Of a DNA stretch of 64,000 nt, positions 39,915 to 54,119 are shown piece by piece. Source of the DNA: Octopus vulgaris (taxonomy: Eukaryota); NCBI GenBank assembly GCA_951406725.2, contig OX597831.1:53630001-53694000 (forward strand). The letters are read 5' to 3'. The notes under the pieces were generated by a model, which saw only the letters and a list, made by a program, of their open reading frames with translations, was not told the origin of the DNA and made no database searches. Position 1 is the first letter of the stretch, and each line of letters opens with the position of its first letter. Made by a program: the position numbers and the translations under genes.

Positions 39915-40165
39915 ATGCATAGGTTTTGTTAGTAAATGCTTAAAGGAGAATCTGGATAAACTGGGATTTTCAGAAAGAGAAGTCGACTGGCTAATTTGTA
40001 CATTACAAGTGCAATCTGTGAGTGGAACAGTAAAAATATGCAAGACTTTTCTCAAGTTCGAAATGTGAATTTGTCTGTGTTAACTACATCCCAAAGATGA
40101 GGCCTTGTGTCTTATGATGGAAAATGGCTCCCTCTTCAGTGGAAGATTTATAATAATTAAAAAAT
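39915..40165 (+). mobile_element. R4/Dong-like 3' fragment
   Basis: GFVSKCLKENLDKLGFSE...LQVQSVSGTVKICKTFLKFEM*. Confidence 0.75.
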
Positions 40166-40199
40166 AGAAGACATACATATATACATACATATTTATACT

Positions 40200-40770
40200 G
40201 TTCTGTGGGACAGGGAACAAAAGACATGCACTGATGTAGAGGTCAGCTGCCAAGCGAATGTGAATGTATAATCAAAAAGTCCAGGAAAAAAATAACATTT
40301 ATGGTGAATTTATGCAGAACTTATAACTCTTGTACCCTGAATATGAATTCTCATTTCTACCTATTTCTTTACTACCCACAAAGGGCTAAACACAGAGAGG
40401 ACAAACAAGGACAGACAAATGGATTAAGTCGATTATATCGACTCCAGTGTGTAACTGGTACTTAATTTATCGACCCCGAAAGGATGAAAGGCAAAGTCGA
40501 CCTCGGCGGAATTTGAACTCAGAACGTAACGGCAGACGAAATACCGCTAAGCATTTCGCCCAGCGTGCTAACGCTTTGGCCAGCTCACCGCCTTCTCATT
40601 CTACCTATCATCATAGGTGCATTAGGTTATGTACCAACAAATTAGCACAAAAACCTTGAAATACTCGGTTTCAAGGAAGAAGAGCAAAAGAAACTGATGC
40701 CAATTCTCCAAAACCAATCTATTAGTGACATAGTGAATATTGTAGGATATTCCCAAAATTCCCCATCTGA
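40200..40770 (+). mobile_element. R4/Dong-like RLE fragment interrupted by a SINE
   Basis: LWDREQKTC..VEVSC...NIYGE...YPEYEFSFLP | IIIGALGYVP...LQNQSIS. Confidence 0.75.
40362..40593 (-). mobile_element. Young Meta-like SINE with TSD
   Basis: Full head-core-tail; duplicated flank ttctcatt(t)ctacct. Confidence 0.88.
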
Positions 40771-41470
40771 GATTTTTATTTGAATAAGTGCACACACTTG
40801 GGTGTATGCATCAACAGTTCAACCAACACACCAAATCAACCTCATATTCATAAACCCTGGGAATTCTCTTAACTCAAAAAGTCATGTCATTTTGTAAGTG
40901 GTCTGCTTGAATTCTTAAGAATTTATATAAAATTCAAAGAAAAATCACACACATATACACGCACACACACACACACACAGAAAACATAAAAAGTCAGGAG
41001 GTATGGCAGGTGGAATATATCTGTTTAATCACTTGTTATCCTTAGGATTACAACTATTTCCCAGCCCTCTTCATGTAATGATAATTTCAGCGTATAATAA
41101 ATTATGTTTACATGTCTGCACTGATATGTGTGTTACACCATTATACAATACAATTGTATATTCACAAATCAATGCAGATAGAGCAAGCTAGCTCATCAGC
41201 TCACCAGAACATCATGGTTACAGCAATGATTCAACTCTAAGTATACATACAAAATTTTCTCTTTATACATGCAATGTATGGAAGACCGAGACTAGATATA
41301 ATTAACTTGGTATGGTTTGTTAAAATAAAGATATATTGTTTCATATCAATTATGGTGCTGGAGCTAAATTCTACTACAGGAGCTTTCTGTGACAGCCACA
41401 TGATTTTATAAATCCATATATCACCCTTCAAATATGTGTGTGTGTGTACTTACATTCATATTTGGATATA

Positions 41471-42866
41471 TATTGGGTTAGGGAAAAAGTCCATTTGGTT
41501 TTTATTGACACTACACTTGAAGCACTCTAATAAATTGCTAACTTCAGTCAGTCTCTTGTGCATGTGAATTGTTAGATAATTGACATTTCAACATAGTTCG
41601 ATGTGAACTTTGCAATGAGACAAACTGTATTTTGCATGCTTGAGATCACCCTGAAATGCTTTTTTATTGTAAAAAAAAATAAGAAGTTGCAGAAACCTTC
41701 AGGAAGATATACACTGTATATGGAGAGGATGCTGTCATAAAAAGAGAGCGTCAAAAATGGCTTTCAAGATTTCATTCGAGAAATTTTTTGATTCAAGATA
41801 CACCTTACTCTTGCTGGCCAACTGAGATTAACAGCAACAAAATGGAGTTAGTCGACACCAACCTTCATTATATGACAAGAATTATCATCATCATCATCAT
41901 CATTTAACATCCGTTTTCTATGCTGACATGGGTTAGATGGTTTGATTGAAACTGGAAAATTGGAGAGCTGCACCAGGGTCCAGTCTTGTTTGGCTTGGTT
42001 TCCCTTCTGGGTGCCCTTCTTAATGCCAGCCACTTTTCAAAGCATACTGGGTGTTTTCTATTGAGGTTGAATGTTGAAAACCATCTACATCAACTTGGTT
42101 ATCTCAGCAGGCTCTATGTTTGGGTCCCACATCTGTTGGATGAGGCTAACTTTGCCAAACAGATTTCCATCTGATATTCATTGCAGAAACATGAAGTAAG
42201 CAATCCATTTTTTTAAGAGAATGGTGACAAGGGATGAAAAATGGATTGCTTATAACAATGTGAAGTGCAAGTGATCATGGGGGAAGCTTAGTGAACCATC
42301 ATAAACAACCTCCAAAGCAGGACTTCACCCAAAGAAGTTTATGCTTTCAATTTGGTGGGATTGGAAGGGTATTACCTTTTATGAGTTCCTGTCTATTGAC
42401 AAGAACAGATATGTACTGTGACCAGGTGAACAAATTAAAAGCAATAATCCATCAAAAGTATCCAGTACTTGCTAACTGTCTTTTGTCATGACAATGCCAG
42501 ACTATACACTTCTTTGCAGACACTGCAGAAGTTACTAGGTATTGACTGGGAAGTTTTGCCACACCATCCATATTTGCCTGACTTTGCACCTTCAGATCTC
42601 CAGCTGTTTCAGTTTCTTCAAAATTCATTGAAGACAGACCTTCAACTCTGTAAAAGATGTAAACATTCTTTCACCTGGAAGAGTTTTTCACCAGTAAAGC
42701 AAGGGAAATTCTTTGAGCAGGAATAATGGATCTGCCCACAAGATATCAGAAGACACTGAAATAAGATGGTAATTATATCATTGATTGAATAAATTACTTT
42801 GCCCTCAAAATTTGTGTTATACTTTTGTTTTAAGAAAGTGCACAGACTTTCTGGCCAACCCATTAT
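41471..42866 (+). mobile_element. mariner transposon, decayed, with retroposon insertion at ~41882-42060
   Basis: Remnants WVPH, TRDEKWIAYNN, HDNAR, HPYLPDFAPSD; ends tattgggtt / aacccattata. Confidence 0.85.
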
Positions 42867-43720
42867 ATGTGTGTGTATGTGTGTGCATATACATGATGGT
42901 CTTCCACACAGTTTCCCTCTCCTAATTTTACTCACAAGGCATTGGTTGGCATTGGCCATAGGAGCATGGTAGAAGACACTTGCCCAAGATACTATGCAGT
43001 GGGACTGAACCTGAAACTATGTGGTCGCAAAGTGGGCTTCTTAACCACACAGCAAAGCTTGATTAACCAAATTACAGTTATTAATGGATATGATTTCATG
43101 TTTTTAGAAAGGAATATATAAATACATCAGAAGATTTCAATAGTTTTTGTTATAATTAAACTGTAATTCAATGGTTGTTTTACAATGTGTAGTTGTACAT
43201 TGTTCCCCTTGTGATGTACAAAGGGATTTTAAACAGAGCCACACAAAATATTTTGGTTTATAATTTGTTTGTTATTGGGCTGGTTTTTTTCAATTATTTT
43301 TTTTATTATTTCTTTTTTCTCTTCTTCTTTTCCAATTACTGAATTCTGTTCACATCTTGGATTTCCGATTACTTTTCTTAAAAGCAAAAAAAAAAAACAA
43401 CAGCAATAATAATAATAACAACAACAACAATAATCATGATAATATTAAATAAAATAAAAAATTTCCAATGCAAATTAATATTGGGGGAAATTAACAAAGA
43501 ATTGGAAATAATCAGACTGCATTAGTGGTTAAGTGGTGAGTGATGAGCGACTAACAGAGATGAATGTACCCAGAGGAAGAGGGAAAGAAAGAAAGGATGA
43601 AAGGAAGGGCGGTAGGGGTGGAGAAAAGTGAAGAGAAACAGGACGAGAGAAAAAGAAGGAGAAGAGGAGAGACAGATGTATATGTACATATGTGTGTATA
43701 TATATATATATGTATGTATG

Positions 43721-43761
<41 letters not shown>

Positions 43762-44476
43762 ATGTGTGTATATATATATAGAAAGAAAGAAAGTGAAGGA
43801 GAGAGATAAGGTAAGATACGTATTCTGTGTGACTACCAGTATTGCAGCTGCTATGTTACTATAATATCTTGCCCTGCTATTGGGTAAAACCATGATTGAT
43901 CTTCAATACAAAGGTTTTTCCCTGCAAACATCTGGTTGTGGAATCAGTCAATGGGATTGGCTTTCTTTCCTTCTTTCATTCATTTTTCTTTCTTTCTTTC
44001 TTTCTCTCTTCATTTTTTCATATAAATTATCTTTCATTCTTTCTGTCTCTCTTCGGTTCCTTTTTCTGCCTTTCTGTCTTTCTTTCTTCTTTCTTCTTTC
44101 TTTGCATTATTTCTTCTGCCATTCTTTTCTGACTTCTTTATATTTTCTTACCATTCCAATATTTCTGTCCACCTGGATAATCAGGAGAACAATTCATAAG
44201 ACATCCACTAGTAAATAAAGTCTTCCTTTCTTGTTTTTTTATTAAAAGATATATAACATATATGTACACACATACACACACATGCACATGCTCACATATA
44301 TGTATTTTATAAATATCAATGTGAATATATAGATATAGATATATAGATAGCTATACATAAGAACAAAACATACTCACATGAACAAAACAAAAAAAAATTT
44401 CTGTAAATAAAGAAATTTTTAAAATCATTTTTTATGAAAGCAAAATACAAGATGAATATATATGTGCATATGTGTG

Positions 44477-44526
<50 letters not shown>

Positions 44527-44986
44527 CATATATATATATACATACACATACATACATATACATACATACATACACATATATACATAAACACACACATATG
44601 TAGATATGCATGTATAATGGACGTATGCATATAACAGAAGGAAACAGAAACAGAGAAACCAAGAAAGAGAGAGAGAGAGAGAGAGAGACTGATAGAGAAG
44701 CAAAGAGAGAGAGGGAGAGATCGACAGACAGAGAGGCAGAGAGACGAAGAGATAGAAAGAGAGATCCTCAAATCCCCTCGAAAAAAAAAAAATGATAAAG
44801 CAAAAAAAAAACTCAGTTGAAACATAGGCCAATACACACAAAAAACAGCTCACCAAGAACAATTAAATAAAAATACTGAGTAAACAAACAAAGAATATTT
44901 AGCTCAGAATAAATTTTGAATCATCTGCTAAATCTTCCAAATAGTTTATCTACATCAGTTCTTGATAACAGGAAACCGATGTATGT

Positions 44987-45034
<48 letters not shown>

Positions 45035-45299
45035 ACACACATATATATATGCACAATACACACACACTCACACACACACATGTATGTTTATATATATATA
45101 TATATATACACACACACAGGCATATGGTACTCCTTTACTCTGTTAAAGTAATTCAGAACCAAGAGGATGCATAAAAAATGAAAATGTAGCAATATTTGTT
45201 GTTGTCGTTGTTGTTGTTGTTAGCATTAATATTGTTATTGCAGCAACTTTATTTGTTGTACAAAGAGTAAAGATTATAATGTGGCTTTAAGATCAATGT

Positions 45300-45589
45300 A
45301 CCTGTAGGTGTACATATGAATGTATGTATGTATGTATGTATGTATGTATGTATGTATGTATGTATGTATGTATGCATGTATGTATGTATGTATGTACATA
45401 TGAATGTATGTATGTACATATGAATGTATGTATGTATGTATGTATGAATGTATGTATGTATTTATGTATGTATATATATATACATACATATACATACGTA
45501 TGCATGCATCTATCTGTCTATTTCTCTCTCTCTCTCTCTCTCACTATCTGCCTATCAATCTATGTAGCTTTAGATATCCACACACACAC

Positions 45590-45622
<33 letters not shown>

Positions 45623-45705
45623 TGTATGTATGTATGTATGTATGTATGTATGCATGTATGCATGTATGTATGTATGTATGTATGTATGTATGTATGTATG
45701 TATGT
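45300..45705. repeat. (TATG)n arrays
   Basis: Directly visible. Confidence 0.95.
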
Positions 45706-46024
45706 AGTGTATGCACAGAAATGCTGTCAGGAAACTGGGAGATGGCAACTTCAGTGAAGTATTTTGTGTGTAGGTAGGCATCCATCAACGTTTGGTTCTC
45801 AACCCCCTCTTATTTATGATATTCCAAGCTATAAGAGAGGAGTTTAAGACAAGCTGTCAGTGGGAAGTCCTACATAATACTGATAATCTAGTACTTATAG
45901 CAGAGATAGTGAAAGATTAGAGAAGAAATTCCAGATGTCCATACAAAACCTAGAATCAAGATGTTTCAGAGTAAACTTGGATTTTTAACACCAAATTAAG
46001 ACAGTTCTGCCATATACACTGTGA

Positions 46025-46700
46025 ATAGATGTCTCTGAAGGAATTTCAACCGTGTTTCAGGGTCTGCTAGCACAACAGCTCCTTTATAGGATCCAGCTGG
46101 CTCAAGACATCATCAGGAAGAACCACGTCCGGTTTCAGCCCCCTACTCCTCTACCGTTTTGATGTTGCTGGGCCCCACCTTTCGGAGGTGTCTTCAGCTC
46201 TGGTGTTGGGTGCATGTCTTCTTTCTTCTGTTCCCTGGCCTCTTCGATGTAGCATCAACAAGTGTCAGCGGGCGACTGACTATCTTGTCAAATTTCCCTT
46301 TAAATACCTGCTGCTAGGCTCCAGCAGGCAGCCCCAGTAAGTTGTCACGTGACACTGTCTCAACTTTAACTGACTGATGAAGGCACGTAGTCTTAGCCCA
46401 CGCATTCTCTAAACAAGACTGTCGTCTGTCAATCCGCAAAGCTAATTCAGTGTCAGCTTATCTCACCTAGTGATGTTATTTTCCGCCGGCATGTTATGAC
46501 TTTCAAACCATTTTTGGTCTTCTCGCTTCAGCCTTATATAGAAGCTGGCTTTTTCGACCGCCTCCTGTACTCTCCTTATTAGTTTTCTCAGCTCCGAGCT
46601 GGAAAAAACAAATCTTCTTTTGAATAGTGTTGTCATTTTTCTTTCAATGAAGCCCTTAGCCCCCACTGCCAGGTGGTAATGCTTGACATTAGGTGAGATT
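46025..46700 (-). mobile_element. HERO-like non-LTR 3' fragment (RLE C-terminus plus ~430-nt 3' UTR)
   Basis: AVGAKGFI...RKLIRRVQEAVEKASFYIRLKREDQKW fits the VGxRGF...AEKASxWxWxKR pattern; UTR end approximate. Confidence 0.7.
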
Positions 46701-46704
46701 ACGA

Positions 46705-47045
46705 GACAGTCTAACAAACAAAGCCTTGTAGGAACAGGTGAACAAGCAACCTATCAAAACTCAGATCAAGAGGAGGAATTGGCGTTGGCTGTGACACACC
46801 TGCAGAAATTTTACGAGGTAAGTGCTGCGATGGACACCCCTCAAGGGATATGGAAGCATGGCAGGCTGAAAAACAACATGGGGATGGTCTGTAGAAACTG
46901 ATGCGCAGGCAGGAGGTCACATCTGGCAACAACTGCAATCTATTTGCCAAAGATTGAGACTGATGGAGATTCTCTTGTTGGAACCCTATACACCAAATGG
47001 AGTCGAAAGGAATGGAGGAAGAGAATGAGGAGGAGGAGGAAGAAT
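46705..47045 (+). mobile_element. RTE LINE 3' fragment, decayed
   Basis: TNKAL*EQVNKQPIKTQIKRRNWRWL*HT...LRWTP, (GAG)n tail. Confidence 0.75.
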
Positions 47046-47419
47046 TTAGTAAAAGTTAATGTTTCAGTAAAAAGCAAAGAATTCTGTTGTCATCAAGGAA
47101 TAGAATCCATTTAATGACCTGTACAGGATAACGCAGCATAAAGACAAATGGTTAAGTAACTAGGAGATTGAAAACTCATATAATGGAACATCAATACACA
47201 CACACATTCATTTACATGCATATACATTTAGGCATACATATATATACATATATACATACCTACATATAAGCAATGACAGGAGACCAACACCTTTGGAGAT
47301 ATGCTGTGATTGAGAAGACTTGGCAACTAAAGTGAGATTGCAGCCATGCATATCTGGCCCAGTTAAGAGTACTCCTGATGCATCATGTGATATGATATGC
47401 TTGAGATCTGTTGATTCAA

Positions 47420-47672
47420 GTAAAACCAATATTGTAGCTGTGGCCAGTGGGTCCTGACTGACTCCTGTGCAAGTGGCATGTAAAAAGCACCCACTACACA
47501 CTCGGAGTGGTTAGCATTAGGAAGGGCATCCAGCTGTAGAAACATTGCTGGATCAGATTGGAGCCTGGTGCAGCTGCTGGCTCTCCAGACCTAAGTCAAA
47601 CCGTCCAACCCATGCCAGCATGGAAAACGGACGTTAAACGATGATAATGATGATGATGATGATGATGATGAT
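47420..47672 (+). mobile_element. RTE-tailed SINE-like element with (GAT)n tail
   Basis: aggaagggcatccagctgtagaaac...catggaaaacggacgttaaacgatgat. Confidence 0.75.
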
Positions 47673-47763
47673 ATATATATAGCACAATCTAGTGTTTTAA
47701 CCTACAAGGAAATGCTCTGAAATGTAGTTTGCTTGTTGTGTTACAGCATAATCCTGTTTATGG

Positions 47764-47810
<47 letters not shown>

Positions 47811-48076
47811 TTCATATGTATATTATTCATTTATAAATATATAGATAGGTGATGGATGATGTAGCATCACTTATGTAACTAACACAGATAACAAAACAGC
47901 TGTCAACTAATAGAATAAGCATCTATTCTCTCACTTCACTTCTCTCATCTTGTCAATTTAGATAGATAGACAGATAGATAGATAGGCAGGCAGAGAGACA
48001 GACAGAATAACTATGTGATAAGAAGTCTGCCTGCCAACCATATGTTTCTGAGTTAGGTCCTACTGTATTGCACATA

Positions 48077-49326
48077 CAAAGGATTGGACAAAATAATGGA
48101 AACCCCTTAAAATTTCAAACAAATTTATTTTAATATGGCATAGGACTGCCTTTGGCAGTAATTACAGCTTGAATTCTATGAGGTATGGACTCGTACAAAG
48201 TTTGAATTGTTTCCAAAGGAATTTTTGTCCATTCTTCAGCAAAAACAGTTTCCAGTTCTTGTAGTAATGATGGTATAGGATATCAACTCCTTACTTGTTT
48301 TTCTAAAATACACCATGAATGTTCAATAATATTGAGATCTGGGGGCTGTAGTGGCCAGATAAGATGTTCAACTTCACTAGAATGTTCCTCATGCCATTCA
48401 ATAACAACTTTAGCATTATCATCCTGAAAGATTGTGTTTCCCTCTGGAAACAGTTCCGCAACCAAAGGATGAATTTGATCAGATAAAGTGCTTAAATAGT
48501 CTTGACTATTAATTCTGCCATGAAGGGAAACCATTGGGCTGGCGTATTTCCAAGATATAGCTCTCCAGATCATCAGAGATCCTCCTCCACGTTTAACAGT
48601 GAGAAGAAGGCAGTCTGGGTCAAATGCTTCTTTTGGCTGTCTCCACATGTATTCTTGGCCAGTGGGCAGAAATAGGGTAAAGGACGACTTGTCTGAGAAA
48701 ATAACATTCTAGAGACCCAATTCTGTAGGTTTTTTTTACTCCACTCTAAACGCTTTGCAACATTTGTTTTTGAAAGTAGTAGTTTTCTGATTGCAGCCCT
48801 CCCATGAAATCTGGCTTTGTGCAGCTCCCGGCAAATGGTTTTTGTGGAAACTGGGTTCTCGAGGTGGTCATTAAGCCCTGCAGTAATTTTGGGAGCTGTA
48901 CTCTTGTGATCCTTTCTAACAATTTGCGTAAGAGTGCGACGGTCCCTATCTGAAAGTTTTATTTTTCTTCTGGAGTTTTGTTTCGACGAAGAAGTTTTTC
49001 CCTCTTTCTCAAAGGCTGTCATTACTTTCGAGACAGTACTTCTTTACACACCAAACATTTTGGCTGTTTTCGTTATGCTAGCGCTTGCCATAAAAGGACC
49101 AACAATTTGACCTCTTTGAAAGTCTGATAGATCTGTCATTTTAATTAATTTAAATTAGCTTTAACTGATGATATCTGAAAAGAAACAGCAATTTTAGCAA
49201 AACTTATTAAGCAACACTAATAATAAATCAAATAACAAAAATAAACAAGCTTTTGATGGTTTTTTAGATATTTCAAAATTATGAAGCTATGATGCTAGGT
49301 GTTTCCATTATTTTGTCCAACCCCCC
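48077..49326 (-). mobile_element. Tc1-family transposon, full length, with TIRs and disrupted transposase (49139-48130)
   Basis: TIRs ttggacaaaataatggaaac / gtttccattattttgtccaa; LSDFQRGQIVG, TVKRGGGSLMIW, FQDDNA, PDLNIIEHSW; splits a SINE A head. Confidence 0.93.
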
Positions 49327-50020
49327 CTTGTGAGTGGATTTGATAGTTGGAAACAGAACGAAGCCTATTGTATATATACATTTTTTATCTATTACTTATT
49401 TCTATTATTAGACTGTGGCCATGCTGGATCATTGCCTTCAAGAAATTTTTAGTGAAATGAATCAACCCCAGTACTTATGTTTTTAAGCATGCTACTTATT
49501 TCATAGGGATTTTTTGCTGAACTGCTAAGTTACAGGAGTCATAAACAAACCAACACCAGTTATCAAGTAGTGACAAGGGATGAACACAGATGCAAAACCA
49601 CACACACATGCACACACACACATGCACACACACGCATGCACACACACATGACAGGATTCTTTCAGTTTCCGTTTAGTGAATCTCCTCACAAGGCTTTGGT
49701 GAACCCAAGAAGACACTTATACAAGGTACCACACACACACACACACACACATATATAATGTCATTAATGACAGAAAAATAGTTTGATGAAATTTTATTTA
49801 ATAATAAGAAAATTCAAATATCCCGACAAATTATTTTGTAACTTAAAGACATGTGAATGATTTATATTATCATATTTAATAATACTTACATATCTGCATA
49901 ATTACTTACATATCTGCATTAATGCAAAATGCAAAAAAATGTTTCAAAATAATCCAGAATTTAAGCTATGTCCTCAGGTGAAAGAAAGTCTTTGTATGGA
50001 AAACGGATATTAAATGATGG

Positions 50021-50054
<34 letters not shown>

Positions 50055-50414
50055 ATATCCAGACTCGTGGACCATTTTGTATGTTTACAATCAGCGTGGT
50101 CATAAACTCAGCTACTATATCCATCACCCAGTTTAAGGACCTCTTATGGTATAACATGAGTTGTTGGGGGCTTTTTCTGAATCAATCTGGTTAATTAGCA
50201 TTCATCATTTATCTTTTACTTGTTTCAGTCATAGGATTGTGGCTATACTGGAGCACCATCGTGAAGGGTTTAGCTGAAAAAAATTAACCCCAATATTTAT
50301 ATAGCTTTAAGTCTAGTATTTATTCTATCAATCACATTTACCAAACTACTAAGTTACGGGGACATAAACAGTGTGGGGGGTTGGGACAAACACAAGTAAA
50401 CACACACACACATA

Positions 50415-51150
50415 CCTGACTGGGTATAGTTCAAGGAGCAACTACCTTTGTTGGTAAGAAAGGGCTTCTCCCTCCCTAAGAAAAGGCGGTGAGCTGGCAG
50501 AAACGTTAGTATGCTGGGCGAAATGCTTAGCAGTATTTCGTCGGCCGCTACGTTCTGAGTTCAAATTCCGCCGAGGTCGACTTTGCCTTTCATCCTTTCA
50601 GGGTCGATAAATAAAGTACCAGTTGCACACTGGGGTCGATGTAATCGACTTAATTCGTTTGTCTGTCCTTGTTTCTCCCCTCTGTGTGTAGCCCCTTGTG
50701 AGCAGTAAAGAAATAAGAAAGGGCTTCTCCCTCAGAGTGAGAGGCAGATTGTATGATGCCTTTGTACTGACAGCAATGCTACATGACAGTGAAACATGGT
50801 ATGTGATCAAAGAGGACAGGTGAAGACTTGAAAGAAATGAGGTCAGTATGCTGCACTGGATGTCAGTGTGCAAGTACAACAAAGTGTAATTATTGTAGGA
50901 GAAAAATTAGGTATAAAAAGCATCAAATGTAGTGTGCAAGAAAGAAGATTGCACTTCAATGCTCATTTGATGCATATGGATGATGACAGCTGCATAAAAA
51001 AAAAGTATTGATTACTAAGTGTAGCAAGGAACCTTTGGAAGAGGAAGACCCAGAAATTCATGGAACAAAGTGGAGAGAAATGATTGTCAGATGTTGAACC
51101 TCACAGAAGTGATGACAGAGGACTGAGACAATTGACAATTTCTGTGCTTG
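50415..51150 (+). mobile_element. RTE LINE fragment interrupted by a Meta-like SINE (50485-50717)
   Basis: LPLLVRKGFSLRVRGRLYDAFV...SETW; duplicated target taagaaagggcttctccct on both sides of the SINE. Confidence 0.85.
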
Positions 51151-52399
51151 AGGGGACCAGATTAGCTCAGTGAGATCAAGTATATACAGATTTGTGTATA
51201 TACTGTCCCTTAACAAACCACCCCCACAACTCATCTTCTCAACACCCATTCCCCCACCGAAGCTCTCCACCCACTGCATTTCCATCCACTCTCTATCGTG
51301 TACCTACCTGCACACAATATGTCCCCATTGAATCTTTTCACCCCACAACATATCCTCCCAATACCCCCTCCCTCTTCCTGTGCCCACTCATTACAGTTCA
51401 TCCCCCCCACTTCCATCTACCACTCTCCTTTTTTGCAATCTCATGAACTCACTCACCCATTCACCCCCTCCAATCTCTGGTTCATTTCTCTCTATACACT
51501 TCTTGGTAACTTGGGTGAACTCCCTCCCTGCCCACTATCTCACTCACATTTCCCCATCTTCTCTCTCTTACTCTCTTCTCTCTCTCTCTCTGCTGTCTCC
51601 TTCCACCTGAGGTAACTATGTTTCTCCTCTAATGCAAGACTTCTTTTTCTGTCCTTCAATACTACTCACACCCCTTCAATTGAGGGGGTCTTGTCTTGTA
51701 AGTTATTTGGTGACCTCACTGCTGGAGGTGTACTAGCTGCCATGTAAAAAGCACCCGGGCCACTCTGTAAAGTGGCTGGCATTAAGAAGGGCATCCAGCT
51801 GTAGAAATCTTGCCAAAATAAACAGCAGGGCTTGCTGCAGTTTTCTGACTTGCAAATTCTTGTCCAACTGCCCATGATGATGATGATGATGATAATGACG
51901 ATGATGAAGATGGTCTTCCACATAGTTTCCATCAATTAAATTCCCTTGCAAGGCATTAGTCCACCCAGGGCTATAGTAGAAGATGCTTGCCAGAAGTGCC
52001 GCACAATGGGACTAAACCCAAAACCATGTGGCTGCAAAGTGAGCTTCTTAACCACACAGCCATGTCTGCCTCTGATGAAAGTGCAGGGCTTAGTGGTTAG
52101 GGCATTCAGCTCAAGGTCATAAAGTCATGAGTTTGATTCCTAGCTTTGTGCTGTGCCCTTGAGCATAACACTTTATTCCACATTACTCCGGTCCACTCAG
52201 CTGGCAAAGATGAGTTGTATCAGTTTCAGAGAGCCAGCCTTGTTACATCTATATCACTCTGAATTGCCTTGAGAACTACATTAAGGGTGCACATGACTGT
52301 GGAATGCTCAGCCACTTACGTGTTAATTTCAGGAGGGGCTGTTTTATTGACTGGATCAACTGGAACCCTCATTATTGTATCGACAGAGTACCAGTTAGT

Positions 52400-53220
52400 T
52401 AAAGCTATATCTGCTTCCATATGGTAATCTTGACCTTCTCTTTGTTGGGAGTGACATCCATGGTACCACAGAAGGTATTCCACATTTTTTAAATCTATTA
52501 TGAATGGTTAATATAAAATGTCTCACAGACATTTTATATTAACCATTCATAATATTATGCTTCAAAACATCCCCTGTATCATTGATCAGCATGAATACAT
52601 CTTTATATCAGAGAGGAGAGCCATATTTGATTGGCAAGGACCCAATATTTTTTTTAACAAACTGTACATTGTTTGGAAATCCTTTTTATCAAAAGCCAAT
52701 TGAATATTTCTGGATATACTTGGTTACCACATGGCTTTTCACAGTCCTTAATTTTCTATGCAATGCTGATTTATAATGCTTCATTGAATCTTTTATTGTC
52801 AAACATTCCTTTTCAGATAAATTAACATTAATCAATTTCTGGTGCAATTTATGCTTGACGTCTAGGAGTTTAGATATTTCTGGATTATATTCATTGAACT
52901 AATCTTCAAGTTTATGTATCTTAAAGCCTAAAATATCAACAGAGATGCTATAAACTTTTTGTTTGAAATCTATCCATAAACCAAGAAGCAGTGAATTAGC
53001 CAGGGAGCTTCATGAGGGGAAGCAGATGTTATGGCATGTTAAACCCTGATAGCATTCGACTGTTTCAGAATTTACATGATGTTTTGTCTAAACAGTTTCA
53101 CCTTACCTTGTATAAGGTAATGATCTGTCCAGCGTGAAGCCTCATGCAAGACTTTCACATCACAAAGATCACAAATGCCATATTTACATGAAATGAAGAA
53201 GGCAATGTGAAAGCCGTATT
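52400..53220 (-). mobile_element. RTE LINE internal fragment (end of APE domain plus linker), decayed
   Basis: DVKVLHEASRWTDHYLIQGKVKL and AFDKKDFQTMYSLLKKILGP. Confidence 0.65.
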
Positions 53221-53481
53221 AATCACGGACATGCCTGAGTATCTTTATGTTTAAGTATATATATGTATACAAAATATATATGTATGTTGAATGACGATGA
53301 TGACGATGATGATTATGATGATGATGATGATGATGATGATGACGATGACGACGATGACGATGGACTTCCACACAGTATCCATCAATTAAATTCCCTCGCA
53401 ACGTATTAGTCCACCCAGGGCTATAGTAGAAGACGCTTGCCAGAAGTGCCACACAATGGGACTGAACTCAAAACCATGTGG

Positions 53482-53528
<47 letters not shown>

Positions 53529-53609
53529 ATATATGTATATATGTATACATATATATATATATATATATATACAGAGAAAGAGGAGAGAGAGAGTGAGAGA
53601 GAGATACAC

Positions 53610-53641
<32 letters not shown>

Positions 53642-53895
53642 TCAGCAATGAGGATGGGAATAGGGAAGACAAGGCACGACAGATGTATAAATGTTTACAT
53701 CATCATTTGATATCTGCTTTCCATGTGGCATGGGTTAGATGATTTGGCTGGAACAGGTTTGACTGGCACCAGGTTCCAATCTGATTTGGCTTGGTTTCTA
53801 CAGCTGGATGCTCTTCCTAATGCCATTTGAGTGAATTTAGTAGACAGAAACTACTCTGTAGAAGCTTGTTGTCCTTATGTACTCTGTGTGTTTAC

Positions 53896-53926
<31 letters not shown>

Positions 53927-54119
53927 CATGCTCACATATGCACATGCATGCACCTTTTTATTTGTGGTTTGTTCTTACCGCTTAACAATTCTCAGTGTGT
54001 TTATATCTTTGTAACCATGCTCTATTCATCTGTCTATCTATATTATATTAATATATATGCACTTACATATACACACACATAAATAAATATGTGTATATAT
54101 ACATATATATATATACATA

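Noticed and set aside
46127-46197. Second minus-strand CUGAAGA...GAAACCGG motif, and plus-strand CTGATGA near 46374
   Set aside because: No NUH cleavage triplet or stem I for the first; no GAAA for the second.
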